A stretch of 64,000 bases of DNA from Bacillota bacterium (GCA_023459795.1 JAEWSP010000018.1:30946-94945), one strand, 5' to 3'; positions 18,438-30,287 are shown, numbered from the stretch's first letter. Notes: a model not told the origin generated them from the sequence alone. Made by a program: numbers and translations.

Positions 18438-20132
18438 ATGATAAGGAGGAATAAAGAATTGGCTTATCAAGCTTATTACAACAAATACCGCCCTCAGACC
18501 TTCGATGAAGTCGTAGGCCAGAAGGCTATCGTCTCCACCCTTAAGAATGCCCTCCGCGAAGGAAAGATTGCCCACGCGTACCTTTTCTGTGGTCCGAGAG
18601 GAACAGGAAAGACGACCATGGCAAGACTCCTTGCCAAAGCCCTCAACTGCAAAGAAGGAATCGGAAGGCAGTGCAACAAATGCGACGACTGCACGAAGAT
18701 CAGCAAGGGCGAGCATCCGGATGTCATCGAGATCGATGCCGCTTCAAATTCCACCGTCGACTCCGTCAGGGCACTGATCGACAACGTCTCCTACCAGCCG
18801 ATCATGGGCCGCTACAAGGTCTATATCATCGACGAAGTCCACAACATGTCCAACTCCGCATTCAACGCCCTTCTGAAGACTTTGGAGGAGCCGCCGTCGT
18901 TTGTCGTCTTCATTTTGGCAACAACCGAACCCCAGAAGATTATTCCGACCATTCTCTCCCGTGTCCAGCGCTTTGATTTCTCCAAGGTCACGGACACGGA
19001 TCTGATCGAGAACATGGAGCATATCCTGAAGAGCGAGAATATCTCCTACGAAGAGGAAGCCCTGAAGCTGGTCGCATCCCTTAGCGACGGCGGAGTAAGA
19101 GACTCTCTTTCTCTGCTCGATCAGCTCGTCTCCTATTCCGGAGACAAGGTTACCGCGGAAGATGCCAACAATCTTTTCGGACTCTTATCTACCGGCGAGG
19201 AACTGAAGCTAGTCGAAGCAATCGAGAAGAAGGATTCCGATACTCTGATCAAATCCGTTCGGGAACGTTACCAGAAGGGAGCCGATATCCCCCGTCTCCA
19301 TAACGACCTGATCGCTATCTACAAGGACCTTCTGATCTACACCGCTACCAAAGACAAGACCCTTCTAGAAAAGCTTAGCGAAGAAGAAGCAAAAAGCTTC
19401 TCCATCCCCGCTTCCAACTTGGAAGTTTCTTTGCGCTGTTTAATCGATGCTGCAAGGGATTACCGGACTTCGGACAATGTCCTTTCCCACTTCGAGCTTT
19501 CCCTTATGAAGCTCCTATATGCCCCTGTAGATACCCATATCGTCGTCTCTTCCAGAAAACCGGCTGCTAGTTCTTCCCCGGTTTCTGTTGCTCCTTCCGA
19601 AAAGGTCCTAGCAACCAAACCTATTGCCGTAGCCTCCAAGAAGAGCGGAGAAGTCTTCAAGCCCAAGGATGATCCCAAGGCATCCGGGAAGATCGGATAT
19701 ACGATCAACGATCTGGCCAACCTCATGAACCTTGCCGTCACCAAGGAGAATGTGGTCTTCCGGAAGAACATCGATACCGCCTGGGAACAGATCAAGCTCT
19801 TCTTCCAGGGCGATGACGACTTCTTTGCTGTTCCTCTCTACGGAAGCAAGGCAAGGTTATATGCCAACAATATCCTTGTCTGCACGAATCCGGTTCCGAT
19901 AGAGCTCGACAAGCTGAACGACAAGAAAGCAGAAGCCTCTCTGATGAAGATCGCCTTAGGCGCCTTCAAAGAAAACATCCATGTCCTTGTCGTCTCCGTA
20001 CCGGACTTCAAGGAAGCCTATGACTGCTTCCGGAACAAGAAGTTTGTGGAAGGGCCTGTCAACATCGACTTCGGCGAATCCAAGGCAAAAGAAAACTCTA
20101 CGGATTTCTTCAACGATCTGATGAAGAAATAG
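18438..20132 (+). CDS. dnaX: DNA polymerase III subunit gamma/tau
   Basis: Walker A GPRGTGKTT, DEVH box, zinc module CNKCDDC. Confidence 0.9.
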   Translation: MIRRNKELAYQAYYNKYRPQTFDEVVGQKAIVSTLKNALREGKIAHAYLFCGPRGTGKTTMARLLAKALNCKEGIGRQCNKCDDCTKISKGEHPDVIEIDAASNSTVDSVRALIDNVSYQPIMGRYKVYIIDEVHNMSNSAFNALLKTLEEPPSFVVFILATTEPQKIIPTILSRVQRFDFSKVTDTDLIENMEHILKSENISYEEEALKLVASLSDGGVRDSLSLLDQLVSYSGDKVTAEDANNLFGLLSTGEELKLVEAIEKKDSDTLIKSVRERYQKGADIPRLHNDLIAIYKDLLIYTATKDKTLLEKLSEEEAKSFSIPASNLEVSLRCLIDAARDYRTSDNVLSHFELSLMKLLYAPVDTHIVVSSRKPAASSSPVSVAPSEKVLATKPIAVASKKSGEVFKPKDDPKASGKIGYTINDLANLMNLAVTKENVVFRKNIDTAWEQIKLFFQGDDDFFAVPLYGSKARLYANNILVCTNPVPIELDKLNDKKAEASLMKIALGAFKENIHVLVVSVPDFKEAYDCFRNKKFVEGPVNIDFGESKAKENSTDFFNDLMKK

Positions 20133-20146
20133 AAAGGACCAGAAGC

Positions 20147-20494
20147 ATGGACAACAACAGCGACGATCCCAATCTCAACAAGGCCAAGACAGCAGCCGAT
20201 ATGGCAGTCCTTCAGAGCCAGATCGGGGAATACAAGAAGAAACTTGCCGACCTGCAGTCCAAGGTCTACACGGGAAGATACAAGGGAGTGACGATCCAGA
20301 TGCGGGGAGACTATACCGTTGTGGATGTGTCTCTTGACCAGGCTGTATATGAGACAGCCTCCAAATCCATGATGGAGCAGAGCATCCTCATCTGCCTTTC
20401 CAATCTCCATCTGGCGGCCGTCAACGAATCCAAGACCCTTACGGACGAACTCCAGAAGATGCTTCAGAACTACCAGATCCCCGGGCTTTCCTAA
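20147..20494 (+). CDS. ybaB: Nucleoid-associated protein YbaB/EbfC
   Basis: Length of about 110 aa and a conserved position between dnaX and recR. Confidence 0.85.
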   Translation: MDNNSDDPNLNKAKTAADMAVLQSQIGEYKKKLADLQSKVYTGRYKGVTIQMRGDYTVVDVSLDQAVYETASKSMMEQSILICLSNLHLAAVNESKTLTDELQKMLQNYQIPGLS

Positions 20495-21115
20495 ATGGAA
20501 GAACTCAAGACCATCTCGGCTTTGATCCTCTGCTACAAGAAGCTCCCCGGAATCGGAGAGAAGACAGCAGAGAGGCTTGCCTACGGCACGCTATCCCTTA
20601 CTCCGGAAGACAGGGAGGAATTCATCCAGGCCTTAAGCGACAGCTCCCTGAAGGTCCGGCCCTGCCCGGACTGCGGGCTTTTCTGTGAAGACGGGAACTG
20701 CCCGATCTGCAAAGACCCTGCAAGGAACCATAAGGAGATGATGATCGTCAGCAACCCGAAAGACATCTACACAATCGAGAAGACGAAAGGGTATGACGGC
20801 ATCTACTTCACGCTTTCGGGAACTCTCTCCCCGCTTAGGAACAGAACCCCGGAAAGGATCGGTATTCCGAAACTCAGGGAGAAGGTCGAGAAAGAAGGGA
20901 TCGAAGAACTGATCCTCGCTCTTCCGACAGACCTCGACGGGGAAACGACATCCCTGTACCTAGCCAACCTGTTCAAAGGAACGAAGACGAAGGTTACAAG
21001 GCTTGCATACGGAATCCCGATCGGAACAAACCTGGAATACCTCGACAATATGACCATCTCCCAGTCCATCCGCGGAAGAGTCGATATGGAGAGCAGTGAA
21101 AAGAAGGAGAAATAA
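20495..21115 (+). CDS. recR: Recombination protein RecR
   Basis: HhH N-terminus, C4 zinc finger (CPDCG...CPIC) and Toprim domain. Confidence 0.9.
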   Translation: MEELKTISALILCYKKLPGIGEKTAERLAYGTLSLTPEDREEFIQALSDSSLKVRPCPDCGLFCEDGNCPICKDPARNHKEMMIVSNPKDIYTIEKTKGYDGIYFTLSGTLSPLRNRTPERIGIPKLREKVEKEGIEELILALPTDLDGETTSLYLANLFKGTKTKVTRLAYGIPIGTNLEYLDNMTISQSIRGRVDMESSEKKEK

Positions 21116-21117
21116 TC

Positions 21118-21768
21118 ATGAATCCAGAATATCCCGGACTGTTCGTCTCTGTCGAAGGCTGCGACGGATGCGGAAAGACGACCGTCATCGCCTTATTGAA
21201 GAAAGCCCTCGAAGAGAAGGGAGTCACTCCTCTTGTCACCCGGGAGCCGGGAGGAGGAAGGATTGCGGAAAGCATCCGTGCCATCATCCTCGACAAGGAG
21301 AATACGAACGAAGACAAGAGGACGGAAGCCCTCCTTTATGCTGCCAGCAGAAGGCAGCATCTGGTCGATGTCGTGATTCCTGCCCTCCAGAAGGGGACAT
21401 TGGTTATCTCCGACCGGTATCTGGACTCCTCTCTGGCTTATCAGGGATATGCCAGAGGCATCGGCATCGAGGAAGTTTATTCGATCAACGCTTTTGCTAT
21501 CGACGGCTATATGCCGGAGATTACTTTCTACCTGGATCTTCCTCCTAAGGAAGGTCTTGCCAGAATCGCTGCCCATCGTTCCGATAAGGTGGACCGCCTG
21601 GATGTAGAGAAGCTCAGCTTCCATGAGAAGGTCTACGAAGGATACAAGATTGTCAACGAGAAGTACAAGGACAGGATCGTCAGGATCGACGCCCATAAGA
21701 CTCCGGAAGAGGAAGTACAGGAGATCCTTCCGATCCTCCTTCTGAAATACCAGGAGAAGAAGCAGTAG
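21118..21768 (+). CDS. tmk: Thymidylate kinase
   Basis: P-loop VSVEGCDGCGKTT, DRY motif. Confidence 0.9.
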   Translation: MNPEYPGLFVSVEGCDGCGKTTVIALLKKALEEKGVTPLVTREPGGGRIAESIRAIILDKENTNEDKRTEALLYAASRRQHLVDVVIPALQKGTLVISDRYLDSSLAYQGYARGIGIEEVYSINAFAIDGYMPEITFYLDLPPKEGLARIAAHRSDKVDRLDVEKLSFHEKVYEGYKIVNEKYKDRIVRIDAHKTPEEEVQEILPILLLKYQEKKQ

Positions 21769-21771
21769 TCC

Positions 21772-22758
21772 ATGGATGAGAAGACCCTTGAAGAGAAGGA
21801 GGGAAGAGCTTATAAGCTCTTCCTCAATTCCAGGAAGAAGAACCGCCTAGCAAACAGCTATCTCCTTGCCGGGGAAGAGAATTCCCCGCTTAAGGAGGTA
21901 GCCTTGTATCTTGCCATGTCCCTCAACTGCGAGACTTCTCTTTTCGGTTGCGGGCATTGCCCTAGCTGCCTTAGGTTTCAAGCCGGGGTAAGACCGGACT
22001 TCGTGCTTATTGACGGAAGCACGGAGCCTATCAAGAAGGAACAGATCCAGGATCTGGAGAAGAAGTTCTCCCTCTCCGCTCTGGAGAAGAACCACCGCCT
22101 TTCGTATGTCATCCACCATGTCGAGAACATCACCGAGGAAGCTGCAAACTCCCTCCTGAAGTTCCTGGAGGAACCGAAGGCAGGGCAGATTGCTTTCCTG
22201 ACGACGACTTCCCCGGCCCGTGTCCTCAATACGATCAAGAGCCGCTCCATCCAGGTTCCGATCGATCCTTACGGGACCAAGGAACTGGAAGAGGAACTAA
22301 GCAAGACGGAATTTCCTGTCGGGAAGAAGAAAACCCTTCTTCCGGCCGGGGAATGCTATATCCTCTCCCACCTTACTCCGTCCAAGGAAGAGGCGTTCTC
22401 CCTTTTCGGAGAAGACAGTTTCTTCCACCAGGGATACCAGATGGCGGAAGCCGTCCTATCCGATTACCTGGTCTCCGACCTATGTATGTCGAACAGCCTT
22501 CTTCTGCAAACCAGCCGGTCCAAATCGAGTCTATGCTATAATTGGATGATTCAAATTCTCCTCTTCGTTCTGGAAGAAAGCCTGAAGAAAGAAGAAACAG
22601 ATTCTTCTTTTGCCGATATCGAGAAGAAGCTAAGCCAGGATCCGGAAAGGACTCTTAGGGGCGTGGAACTCTTAAGGGACATCCTTTCGAACAGGAACCT
22701 AAACTACAATCCCGCCCTCTCCTCTGCCCGGCTTCTTCGTGCCTTGAGGAAGGAGTAA
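21772..22758 (+). CDS. holB: DNA polymerase III delta-prime subunit
   Basis: AAA+-like N-terminus with the CxxC-type zinc module of delta-prime (CETSLFGCGHCPSC). Position after tmk. Confidence 0.75.
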   Translation: MDEKTLEEKEGRAYKLFLNSRKKNRLANSYLLAGEENSPLKEVALYLAMSLNCETSLFGCGHCPSCLRFQAGVRPDFVLIDGSTEPIKKEQIQDLEKKFSLSALEKNHRLSYVIHHVENITEEAANSLLKFLEEPKAGQIAFLTTTSPARVLNTIKSRSIQVPIDPYGTKELEEELSKTEFPVGKKKTLLPAGECYILSHLTPSKEEAFSLFGEDSFFHQGYQMAEAVLSDYLVSDLCMSNSLLLQTSRSKSSLCYNWMIQILLFVLEESLKKEETDSSFADIEKKLSQDPERTLRGVELLRDILSNRNLNYNPALSSARLLRALRKE

Positions 22759-22764
22759 ACAAAG

Positions 22765-24162
22765 ATGGCAACTACTTTATTAGGAATCCCTTTTGATTTC
22801 AGCGGAATGAACTACTATCAGACCAACAGGGATGTTTCTCTCGGTTCCGAGGTTGTAGTCACAACCCCTCACGGGACCTTTTTAGGGACGGTCAAGAAGA
22901 TCCGTCTGGCAACGGAAGAAGAACTGAAGAAGCCGGATTTCAGCCGTCTTTTCCCTCGGATCGATAGGATTGCTACTTTCCAGGATGTCCAGTTTGCTAC
23001 AGACAACCAGGCAAAAGCCAAGGACATCGTCCATAAGTCCCAGGCCCAGGCCAACTCCCTGAAGCTGGATATGAAGATCCTGAATGCCTACTTCGACCTC
23101 GACGAATCGAAGGTGCTGATCACCTTCGCTGCCGATGCAAGAGTCGACTTCCGGGAACTGGTCCATATCCTCAACGGAATGTTCCATTCCAAGGTCGAGT
23201 TCCGTCAGATCGGAACCCGCGACCAGGCAAGAGTCATCGGCGGTATCGGCCCCTGCGGATTACCCCTCTGCTGTGCTTCTTTCCTGACCAAGTTTGATGT
23301 CATCAGCATCTCCATGGCGAAGAACCAGCTTCTCTCCCTCAATATCCCGAAGATCTCCGGACAGTGCGGAAAGCTTATGTGCTGCCTGAAGTATGAAGAC
23401 AAGGCCTATAGCGAGATACGTCCCCTCTATCCTAAGATGGGAACCAAGTTCGCTTACCAGGGAAGCACGTATTCCGTCTCCGGATTGAATCTGCTTACGG
23501 ATACGATCACGGCCTATAACGGGGACAACTACGAATCCTTCTCCAGGGAAGAGTTCAACAGAGTAAAGCAAGGCTTAACTAAGTGTGACCCGACTGCTGT
23601 ACCTGTCCTTAAGGATATCAACTCCGGTGTCGATCTTTCCGGAAAAGGCATCTCCGAAACCAACAGAAGAATTGCAGCTATCAAGGAGAGCGAAGAAACC
23701 CACAAGGAAGAGATCCGGAGAACCAGCGACCACTACGGAAGGAACAGGAACGGACAGCATCAGAACAGTTTCCACAGCCAGCATCAAAGCCACGGAAACC
23801 CGAATCCGTATTCTCCTTCTGCTGCTGCGCCTTCTACCGCAAAGCCGTCTACTCCGGAAATGGATATGCCGACTACTGCCTGTTCCTTCTCCCAGTCGAA
23901 TCCGAATAACCAGAATCATTCCTACCACGGACAGAACAACAACCATGGAGGAAGTTTCCACGGCTCCAACAACAGCTACCATTCCCATAACGGCAACAAC
24001 CATCAGAGAAGCTACGGAAATCCTTTCCATGCCTCTCCGAAGCCTTCTACCTCCGCCCCTGCTACCAAGAAGGAGTCCGGATATATCTCCGTCAGTTCGA
24101 TTGCCGACCGTTCGGTCCTCGATGTAAAGCCAGGCAGCAAGAAGAGCAATGATAAGAAATAG
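22765..24162 (+). CDS. ricT: PSP1-domain protein RicT/YaaT with ~190-aa His/Asn/Ser-rich C-terminal extension (465 aa)
   Basis: PSP1 C-terminal domain with Cys cluster GPCGLPLCC...CGKLMCCLKYE. The tail is rich in H, N, S and Q (HSQHQSHGNPNPYS...HSYHGQNNNHGG). Confidence 0.75.
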   Translation: MATTLLGIPFDFSGMNYYQTNRDVSLGSEVVVTTPHGTFLGTVKKIRLATEEELKKPDFSRLFPRIDRIATFQDVQFATDNQAKAKDIVHKSQAQANSLKLDMKILNAYFDLDESKVLITFAADARVDFRELVHILNGMFHSKVEFRQIGTRDQARVIGGIGPCGLPLCCASFLTKFDVISISMAKNQLLSLNIPKISGQCGKLMCCLKYEDKAYSEIRPLYPKMGTKFAYQGSTYSVSGLNLLTDTITAYNGDNYESFSREEFNRVKQGLTKCDPTAVPVLKDINSGVDLSGKGISETNRRIAAIKESEETHKEEIRRTSDHYGRNRNGQHQNSFHSQHQSHGNPNPYSPSAAAPSTAKPSTPEMDMPTTACSFSQSNPNNQNHSYHGQNNNHGGSFHGSNNSYHSHNGNNHQRSYGNPFHASPKPSTSAPATKKESGYISVSSIADRSVLDVKPGSKKSNDKK

Positions 24163-25015
24163 TCCCTACGATCATCCGGAAGGTCCGCTTGTCTCCTTGG
24201 TGGCAACACCGATCGGGAACATCAAGGACATCACTCTCCGGGCATTGGATGCCTTCAAGGAAGCCGATGTCATCGCCTGCGAGGATACCAGGAATACTGG
24301 TCTCCTTCTTTCCCGTCTCGGGATAAAGCCTAAGAAGCTTGTCTCCCTCTATGCCCAGACGGAAGCCAAGAACGCAAAGCTTCTTGTCGAGGAAGCCAAG
24401 AAGAAGAACTGGAAGGTCTGCTACTGCAGCGATGCCGGAATGCCCGGAATCAGCGATCCCGGTGCTCTCCTGGTCCAGGCCTGCCAGGAACAGGGCGTAC
24501 CCTCTACCATCCTTCCCGGGCCAAGCGCATCCCTTTCCGCTTTGGTTTTAAGCGGAATCGACAGTGCCGACTTCTCCTTCTACGGTTTCCTTCCGACCAA
24601 GGCCGGACAGGAGAAGACGATGCTAAGTAAGCTAGTAGACCGGGAAGAAACCCTGATCTTCTATGAATCCCCGAAGAGAGTCTACAAGACTCTTGCCGTC
24701 ATGGAGGAAGTCTTCGGACCGAAGAGGGAAGTTGCCCTTGTAAGAGAGCTTTCCAAGATCCATGAGGAAGTCGTCCATGGGACTATGGAAGAGCTTGTGA
24801 AGAACATCACGGAAGAAGTGAAAGGGGAATGCGTCATCCTCGTGAAAGGTTCCTCTTTGAAAGAGGAGCAGGCCCCTGAAGAAGACGTTCTCTCCCTTCT
24901 GAAGAAGGGAATGAAGGAGAAGATTCCTCTTACCCAGCTAGCCAAGGACGTCAGCAAGAAGACCGGCAGAAAGAAAAGCGACGTTTATTCGCTTGCACTA
25001 ACGCTGAAGAAGTAA
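24149..25015 (+). CDS. rsmI: 16S rRNA (cytidine1402-2'-O)-methyltransferase RsmI (tetrapyrrole-methylase fold)
   Basis: LVATPIGN...DIT.RA and CEDTR motifs. Confidence 0.85.
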   Translation: MIRNSPYDHPEGPLVSLVATPIGNIKDITLRALDAFKEADVIACEDTRNTGLLLSRLGIKPKKLVSLYAQTEAKNAKLLVEEAKKKNWKVCYCSDAGMPGISDPGALLVQACQEQGVPSTILPGPSASLSALVLSGIDSADFSFYGFLPTKAGQEKTMLSKLVDREETLIFYESPKRVYKTLAVMEEVFGPKREVALVRELSKIHEEVVHGTMEELVKNITEEVKGECVILVKGSSLKEEQAPEEDVLSLLKKGMKEKIPLTQLAKDVSKKTGRKKSDVYSLALTLKK

Positions 25016-25049
25016 AAAAGATGCCGGAGCCCTGTGCTCCGGCATTTTG
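25014..25049. terminator. Bidirectional terminator between rsmI and convergent HAD gene
   Basis: Hairpin GCCGGAGC-cctgt-GCTCCGGC flanked by an A-run and a T-run. Confidence 0.5.
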
Positions 25050-25050
25050 C

Positions 25051-25914
25051 TTACATCTCTTCTTCCTGAGTCTTGCGGATATCGGCAAGCGAATCGCAGA
25101 TCGCCATCTTCTTGATTTCGTTCTTGATGATCTTATCGAAGGAACCTTTCTCCCGGTAATCGGCAGGAGTCAGGAAGTCGACTCTTCCGTCCTGGAAGAG
25201 CTGTTTGGCAACCGGCTTCTTCCCCTTGCCGTAGACGGCGATAGAGACACCGCCCTTTTCCCGGACAAGCTTCATGCAGGGAACATCCGTAAGACCATCG
25301 GCGATATAGACCATATCCCGGAAAGGAATCGGCTTCTCGCTGTCCGGAACGGACTCGTTCAGTCTCCGGCTGTCCGAGATATCGAGCTCTCCCTTGCAGA
25401 CACGAAAGAGGAACTGGGTCTTGGTCGTATAGTTGACAGCAGACTTCGGCCAGACGGCTTCTCCGTTCTGGTCATAGAGGAATTCGCAGGCAAAGATCGC
25501 CTTGAAATACTTGGCAATCGAAGAACCTTCGATGATCTCCTTGTTTCCGGAACTGATGACGTAATGCTGGATCTCGACTCCGTTCTGAAGTCCGAACGCA
25601 TTGATCCTAGGGAACCACTCTTCGACGCCGGGGAAGAAACGGATTCCTTTCCCCATGGCAACGAAGGCATCCCTGGTAATAGGAAGATTCTTCCTCCTCG
25701 ACATCTGCAGCATCAGATACATATAGGCAAGCTGCCCGTCCATCCCGTTGTCATGGGCCAGTTTGTTCGTTTCATTCCAGAATTCATCCGGTTTGATCTT
25801 CAGGGAAGGGATGAAGCTGTAGTTCTGCATATCCGTAGTGCAGAGAGTTCGGTCGAAGTCGTATAGGAGAGCGATGATCGGTTTTCTTTCTATGGCATTC
25901 ATCCTTGCCTCCAA
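25051..25914 (-). CDS. HAD-superfamily hydrolase (287 aa)
   Basis: DxD motif LYDFDRTL, SSG, and motif IV ADGLTD. Confidence 0.6.
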   Translation of the reverse strand: MEARMNAIERKPIIALLYDFDRTLCTTDMQNYSFIPSLKIKPDEFWNETNKLAHDNGMDGQLAYMYLMLQMSRRKNLPITRDAFVAMGKGIRFFPGVEEWFPRINAFGLQNGVEIQHYVISSGNKEIIEGSSIAKYFKAIFACEFLYDQNGEAVWPKSAVNYTTKTQFLFRVCKGELDISDSRRLNESVPDSEKPIPFRDMVYIADGLTDVPCMKLVREKGGVSIAVYGKGKKPVAKQLFQDGRVDFLTPADYREKGSFDKIIKNEIKKMAICDSLADIRKTQEEEM

Positions 25915-26052
25915 TCCAGAAACCTATGTTTCCAATTATTTCTTGCCTTTATTCTAATGTTTCCCAATAGGCAATGCTAGATTGGGAGGCCTAAAGAAGA
26001 GAAGAAATGCCCTTCCTCTCCACCGGAAAAGAAAAAGCACTATAATAGCGGT

Positions 26053-26334
26053 ATGAAAAAATGTCCACATTGCGGGAAAGAAATCCCGGAAGAAGACTGG
26101 CTCTGTCCGTTCTGCCATTCCCCGGTTCCGGTCACCGGAAAAGGAACCGGCCATAGCCGGAGCGACAATTATAAAGAAGAATACGAGAAGGAGCCTATAA
26201 GCGGAGAAGACAAGGAGATGCTACTGGACAGCAACACAGCTTCTTCTTCCGATGATGACGGGGTTGCACCGGCAAGTCCGTATCCGGACAGCGATACTGC
26301 CTACAGCGATCTGACAAAGCATTTTGACCAATAG
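26053..26334 (+). CDS. Small zinc-ribbon protein with acidic tail (93 aa)
   Basis: CPHCG...CPFCH. Confidence 0.4.
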   Translation: MKKCPHCGKEIPEEDWLCPFCHSPVPVTGKGTGHSRSDNYKEEYEKEPISGEDKEMLLDSNTASSSDDDGVAPASPYPDSDTAYSDLTKHFDQ

Positions 26335-26442
26335 AGTGACCTCTGTTGGTCTTTTTTATAGAGCTTTGCTGCTTTTCCTGTGGAAAAGAAAAACGGCAGT
26401 CTTATAAGAAACTGCCGTATCCGAATCTATCCGTTTCAAGGA

Positions 26443-26847
26443 CTAGGCTTTTTGCTGGGATCTATTCTTTGCTTCCTTGGCTCTTTTCCAGAAGGGAACA
26501 GTCATTCCGATCAGAAGGAAGAGGAAAAGAAGAACGATCCAGAATCCGTAATACCGGATATCCCAACTCGAGGAATCAAAAAGAAAGCAAAACAAGCCTA
26601 GATAAATCGCCTGGCTCACGACAGCAAGACCAGGAAATAGTTTTGTAGGAGATCCTTTCTTCCACTCCAGAAGGAAGACCAGAACCAATAAGACAAGACC
26701 TAGAACCAGCGGCAGGACTCCGGCTATCAGAATGCCCGAAGCCGTGAGGGAATAGTCTTTCATGAAAACATCCGGGTAGGAGCCGATCAGAAGGAAGAAG
26801 GAAGCTACAGAAAACAAGACGAAATCAACCAAAGAAATTCTTTTCAT
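26443..26847 (-). CDS. Hypothetical small membrane protein (134 aa)
   Basis: Four hydrophobic helices. Confidence 0.4.
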   Translation of the reverse strand: MKRISLVDFVLFSVASFFLLIGSYPDVFMKDYSLTASGILIAGVLPLVLGLVLLVLVFLLEWKKGSPTKLFPGLAVVSQAIYLGLFCFLFDSSSWDIRYYGFWIVLLFLFLLIGMTVPFWKRAKEAKNRSQQKA

Positions 26848-27097
26848 GCTTTTACAGGTCTCCGGCCTTCGGTTTCTGCTTTTTCTAAATAGTCTAGCTC
26901 CATATAAGGATACATATCCGTTTGTCTAATTCTATAAGATTTTATACCCACCCCAATAAGAATGCAAACAATTGCAGCTTTTGGGCTTTCTGTTTATCGG
27001 CTGTTTGTTTTTTTGCAGGCATCATATTTTAACGTTTAGTATTATCTCCTTGTCCATAACCTACATAAGGCTCTTGGAGCAGAGGGCAAAAAGAAGC

Positions 27098-27140
27098 CAA
27101 CAAAAAGGCCTTCCCTGCAATCGCAGGGAAGGCTGTTTTC
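27098..27140 (-). terminator. Rho-independent terminator downstream of groEL
   Basis: Hairpin GCCTTCCCTGC-aatc-GCAGGGAAGGC with a U-run on the minus strand. Confidence 0.55.
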
Positions 27141-27161
27141 TTCTCTTCTAGGAAGGATGGA

Positions 27162-28799
<1,638 letters not shown>

Positions 28800-28812
28800 T
28801 TACCTCTTTCGT

Positions 28813-29094
28813 TTAGTCGACAACGGCCAGGATATCCTTATCCTGGATCAGCATGTACTTCTTGCCGTTCTGATCAACGTCCGTTGTCGAATACTTCTTA
28901 TAGATAACCTTCTCGCCGGCTGCAGCCTGAACAGTAATCTTATGGCCTTCCGAATCTGTATAGCCAGGTCCGACAGCGACGACGGTAGCGACAGCGGAAT
29001 CATTCTCGTGAGTGCTGGCAATGATGATGGAACCAACCTTCTTCTCTTCCGGAAGCTTCTCTAAAACGACATAATCGCGTAATGGCTTGATCAT
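28813..29094 (-). CDS. groS: Co-chaperonin GroES (10 kDa)
   Basis: MIKPLRDYVV...ILAVVD. I chose the start at 29094, which has a GGAGG SD; the track ORF extends to 29151. Confidence 0.9.
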   Translation of the reverse strand: MIKPLRDYVVLEKLPEEKKVGSIIIASTHENDSAVATVVAVGPGYTDSEGHKITVQAAAGEKVIYKKYSTTDVDQNGKKYMLIQDKDILAVVD

Positions 29095-29151
29095 AAATAA
29101 CCTCCATTTTTCTTTGTGAAGTCGAACAGCAATGTTATTATAACCCGACAA

Positions 29152-29178
29152 TTAGCAATTTCAAGGGCCAAGTGCTAA
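29152..29178. promoter_or_regulatory. CIRCE-like HrcA operator (TTAGCAATT-N9-AAGTGCTAA)
   Basis: Matches the CIRCE consensus TTAGCACTC-N9-GAGTGCTAA at 14 of 18 positions. Lies about 60 nt upstream of groES. Confidence 0.65.
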
Positions 29179-29280
29179 CTTTTCTTTTTAAGTGCCGAAA
29201 AGTGCCTTTGTTATCGCAATAAATAAAAACGCATCCAACCCAATTTGAGGCTGGCTGCGTTCTTTTTTGACTCTATTTGA

Positions 29281-30270
29281 CTACTTGTCGAGGGAGAACC
29301 TATAGGTTGCAAAATGTTTGTATTCCTGCCCTGCCTTCAAGAGCAGCCCCTCGAGCGGGAAATTGCACTTCTCCGGTTCGATGGCAAGAGCTCTTCTCTT
29401 CATAAGGCCAAGCCGGTTGTTGAACTCGATTCTCTTCATAGACTGGTCGCAGTAGCAGTTCACGCCTTCATAGTCGGTCAGGATATCCATCTTGAAGCCG
29501 TTGCCGGAGAAGGTAACCTGCGGAACACGGGGATCCATAATATCGAAGGCAAGGAAATGATCGAAGTTGTGGACAAGCGGAATTTCTTTTTCCGTGGCAT
29601 CCATTCTTTCTCCCATTCTCGGGTTGTCATGGAAATCCAGGGCTTTGCAGACCGGAACAATACCGTTTGGAAGTTCCGTTCCTTCCTTGAAGCTGGCCAT
29701 ATTGGAAGCATCGATATGGAGATGATAGTCATTGATATCCAAGGATCCGGCGAAGTTGAAATACATATGGTTGGAGAGATTGACGACGGTATCCTTGTCG
29801 GAAAGAGCACGGAAGGTGATTGTCATCTCTTCCCGGTCCACCGGGAAGAAATAGGAGATCTCTACTTTCAGGTTGCCCGGGAAGCCGTTTTCTCCGTCCT
29901 TCGACTCCTTCATGAAAAAGACAGTCGTACCCTTGCTGTTGGAAACAACCTCGGAATGGAATTTCTGGTAGGTAAGGGAAGTATCGCATCCGCCATGGAG
30001 GCAGATTCCGGGGGCTTCTTCCTTAAGATGGACATCTTCTTCCCCAAGACGGAAAGAGGAAGGGATTCTTCCGGCAACTCTTCCCATAGTCTTTCCGAAG
30101 CACATCGGGCAGGAGAGGTACTCCTCTCTGTCTGCAAGCTCCAGGATCATCGGAACTCCCTTGTAATGAAGGGAATAGACTCCGGCTCCAAGAGTAGAAA
30201 GAGTGGCTTCGACTCCGTCCTTACGGCCGATGGTCAAGAACTCCGACTCCAGCTTGTTTTCCTGTTTCAT
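29281..30270 (-). CDS. Aldose 1-epimerase (galactose mutarotase-like) family protein
   Basis: Mutarotase fold motifs (GICLHGG, catalytic His/Glu context). 329 aa. Confidence 0.8.
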   Translation of the reverse strand: MKQENKLESEFLTIGRKDGVEATLSTLGAGVYSLHYKGVPMILELADREEYLSCPMCFGKTMGRVAGRIPSSFRLGEEDVHLKEEAPGICLHGGCDTSLTYQKFHSEVVSNSKGTTVFFMKESKDGENGFPGNLKVEISYFFPVDREEMTITFRALSDKDTVVNLSNHMYFNFAGSLDINDYHLHIDASNMASFKEGTELPNGIVPVCKALDFHDNPRMGERMDATEKEIPLVHNFDHFLAFDIMDPRVPQVTFSGNGFKMDILTDYEGVNCYCDQSMKRIEFNNRLGLMKRRALAIEPEKCNFPLEGLLLKAGQEYKHFATYRFSLDK

Positions 30271-30287
30271 ATTGTTTTCCCTTTGAA

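Noticed and set aside
18438-20132. Programmed ribosomal frameshift site in dnaX (A AAA AAG-type)
   Set aside because: No slippery heptamer followed by a stem-loop was seen. Only an AAAAAGC run occurs at about 19390, without the context.
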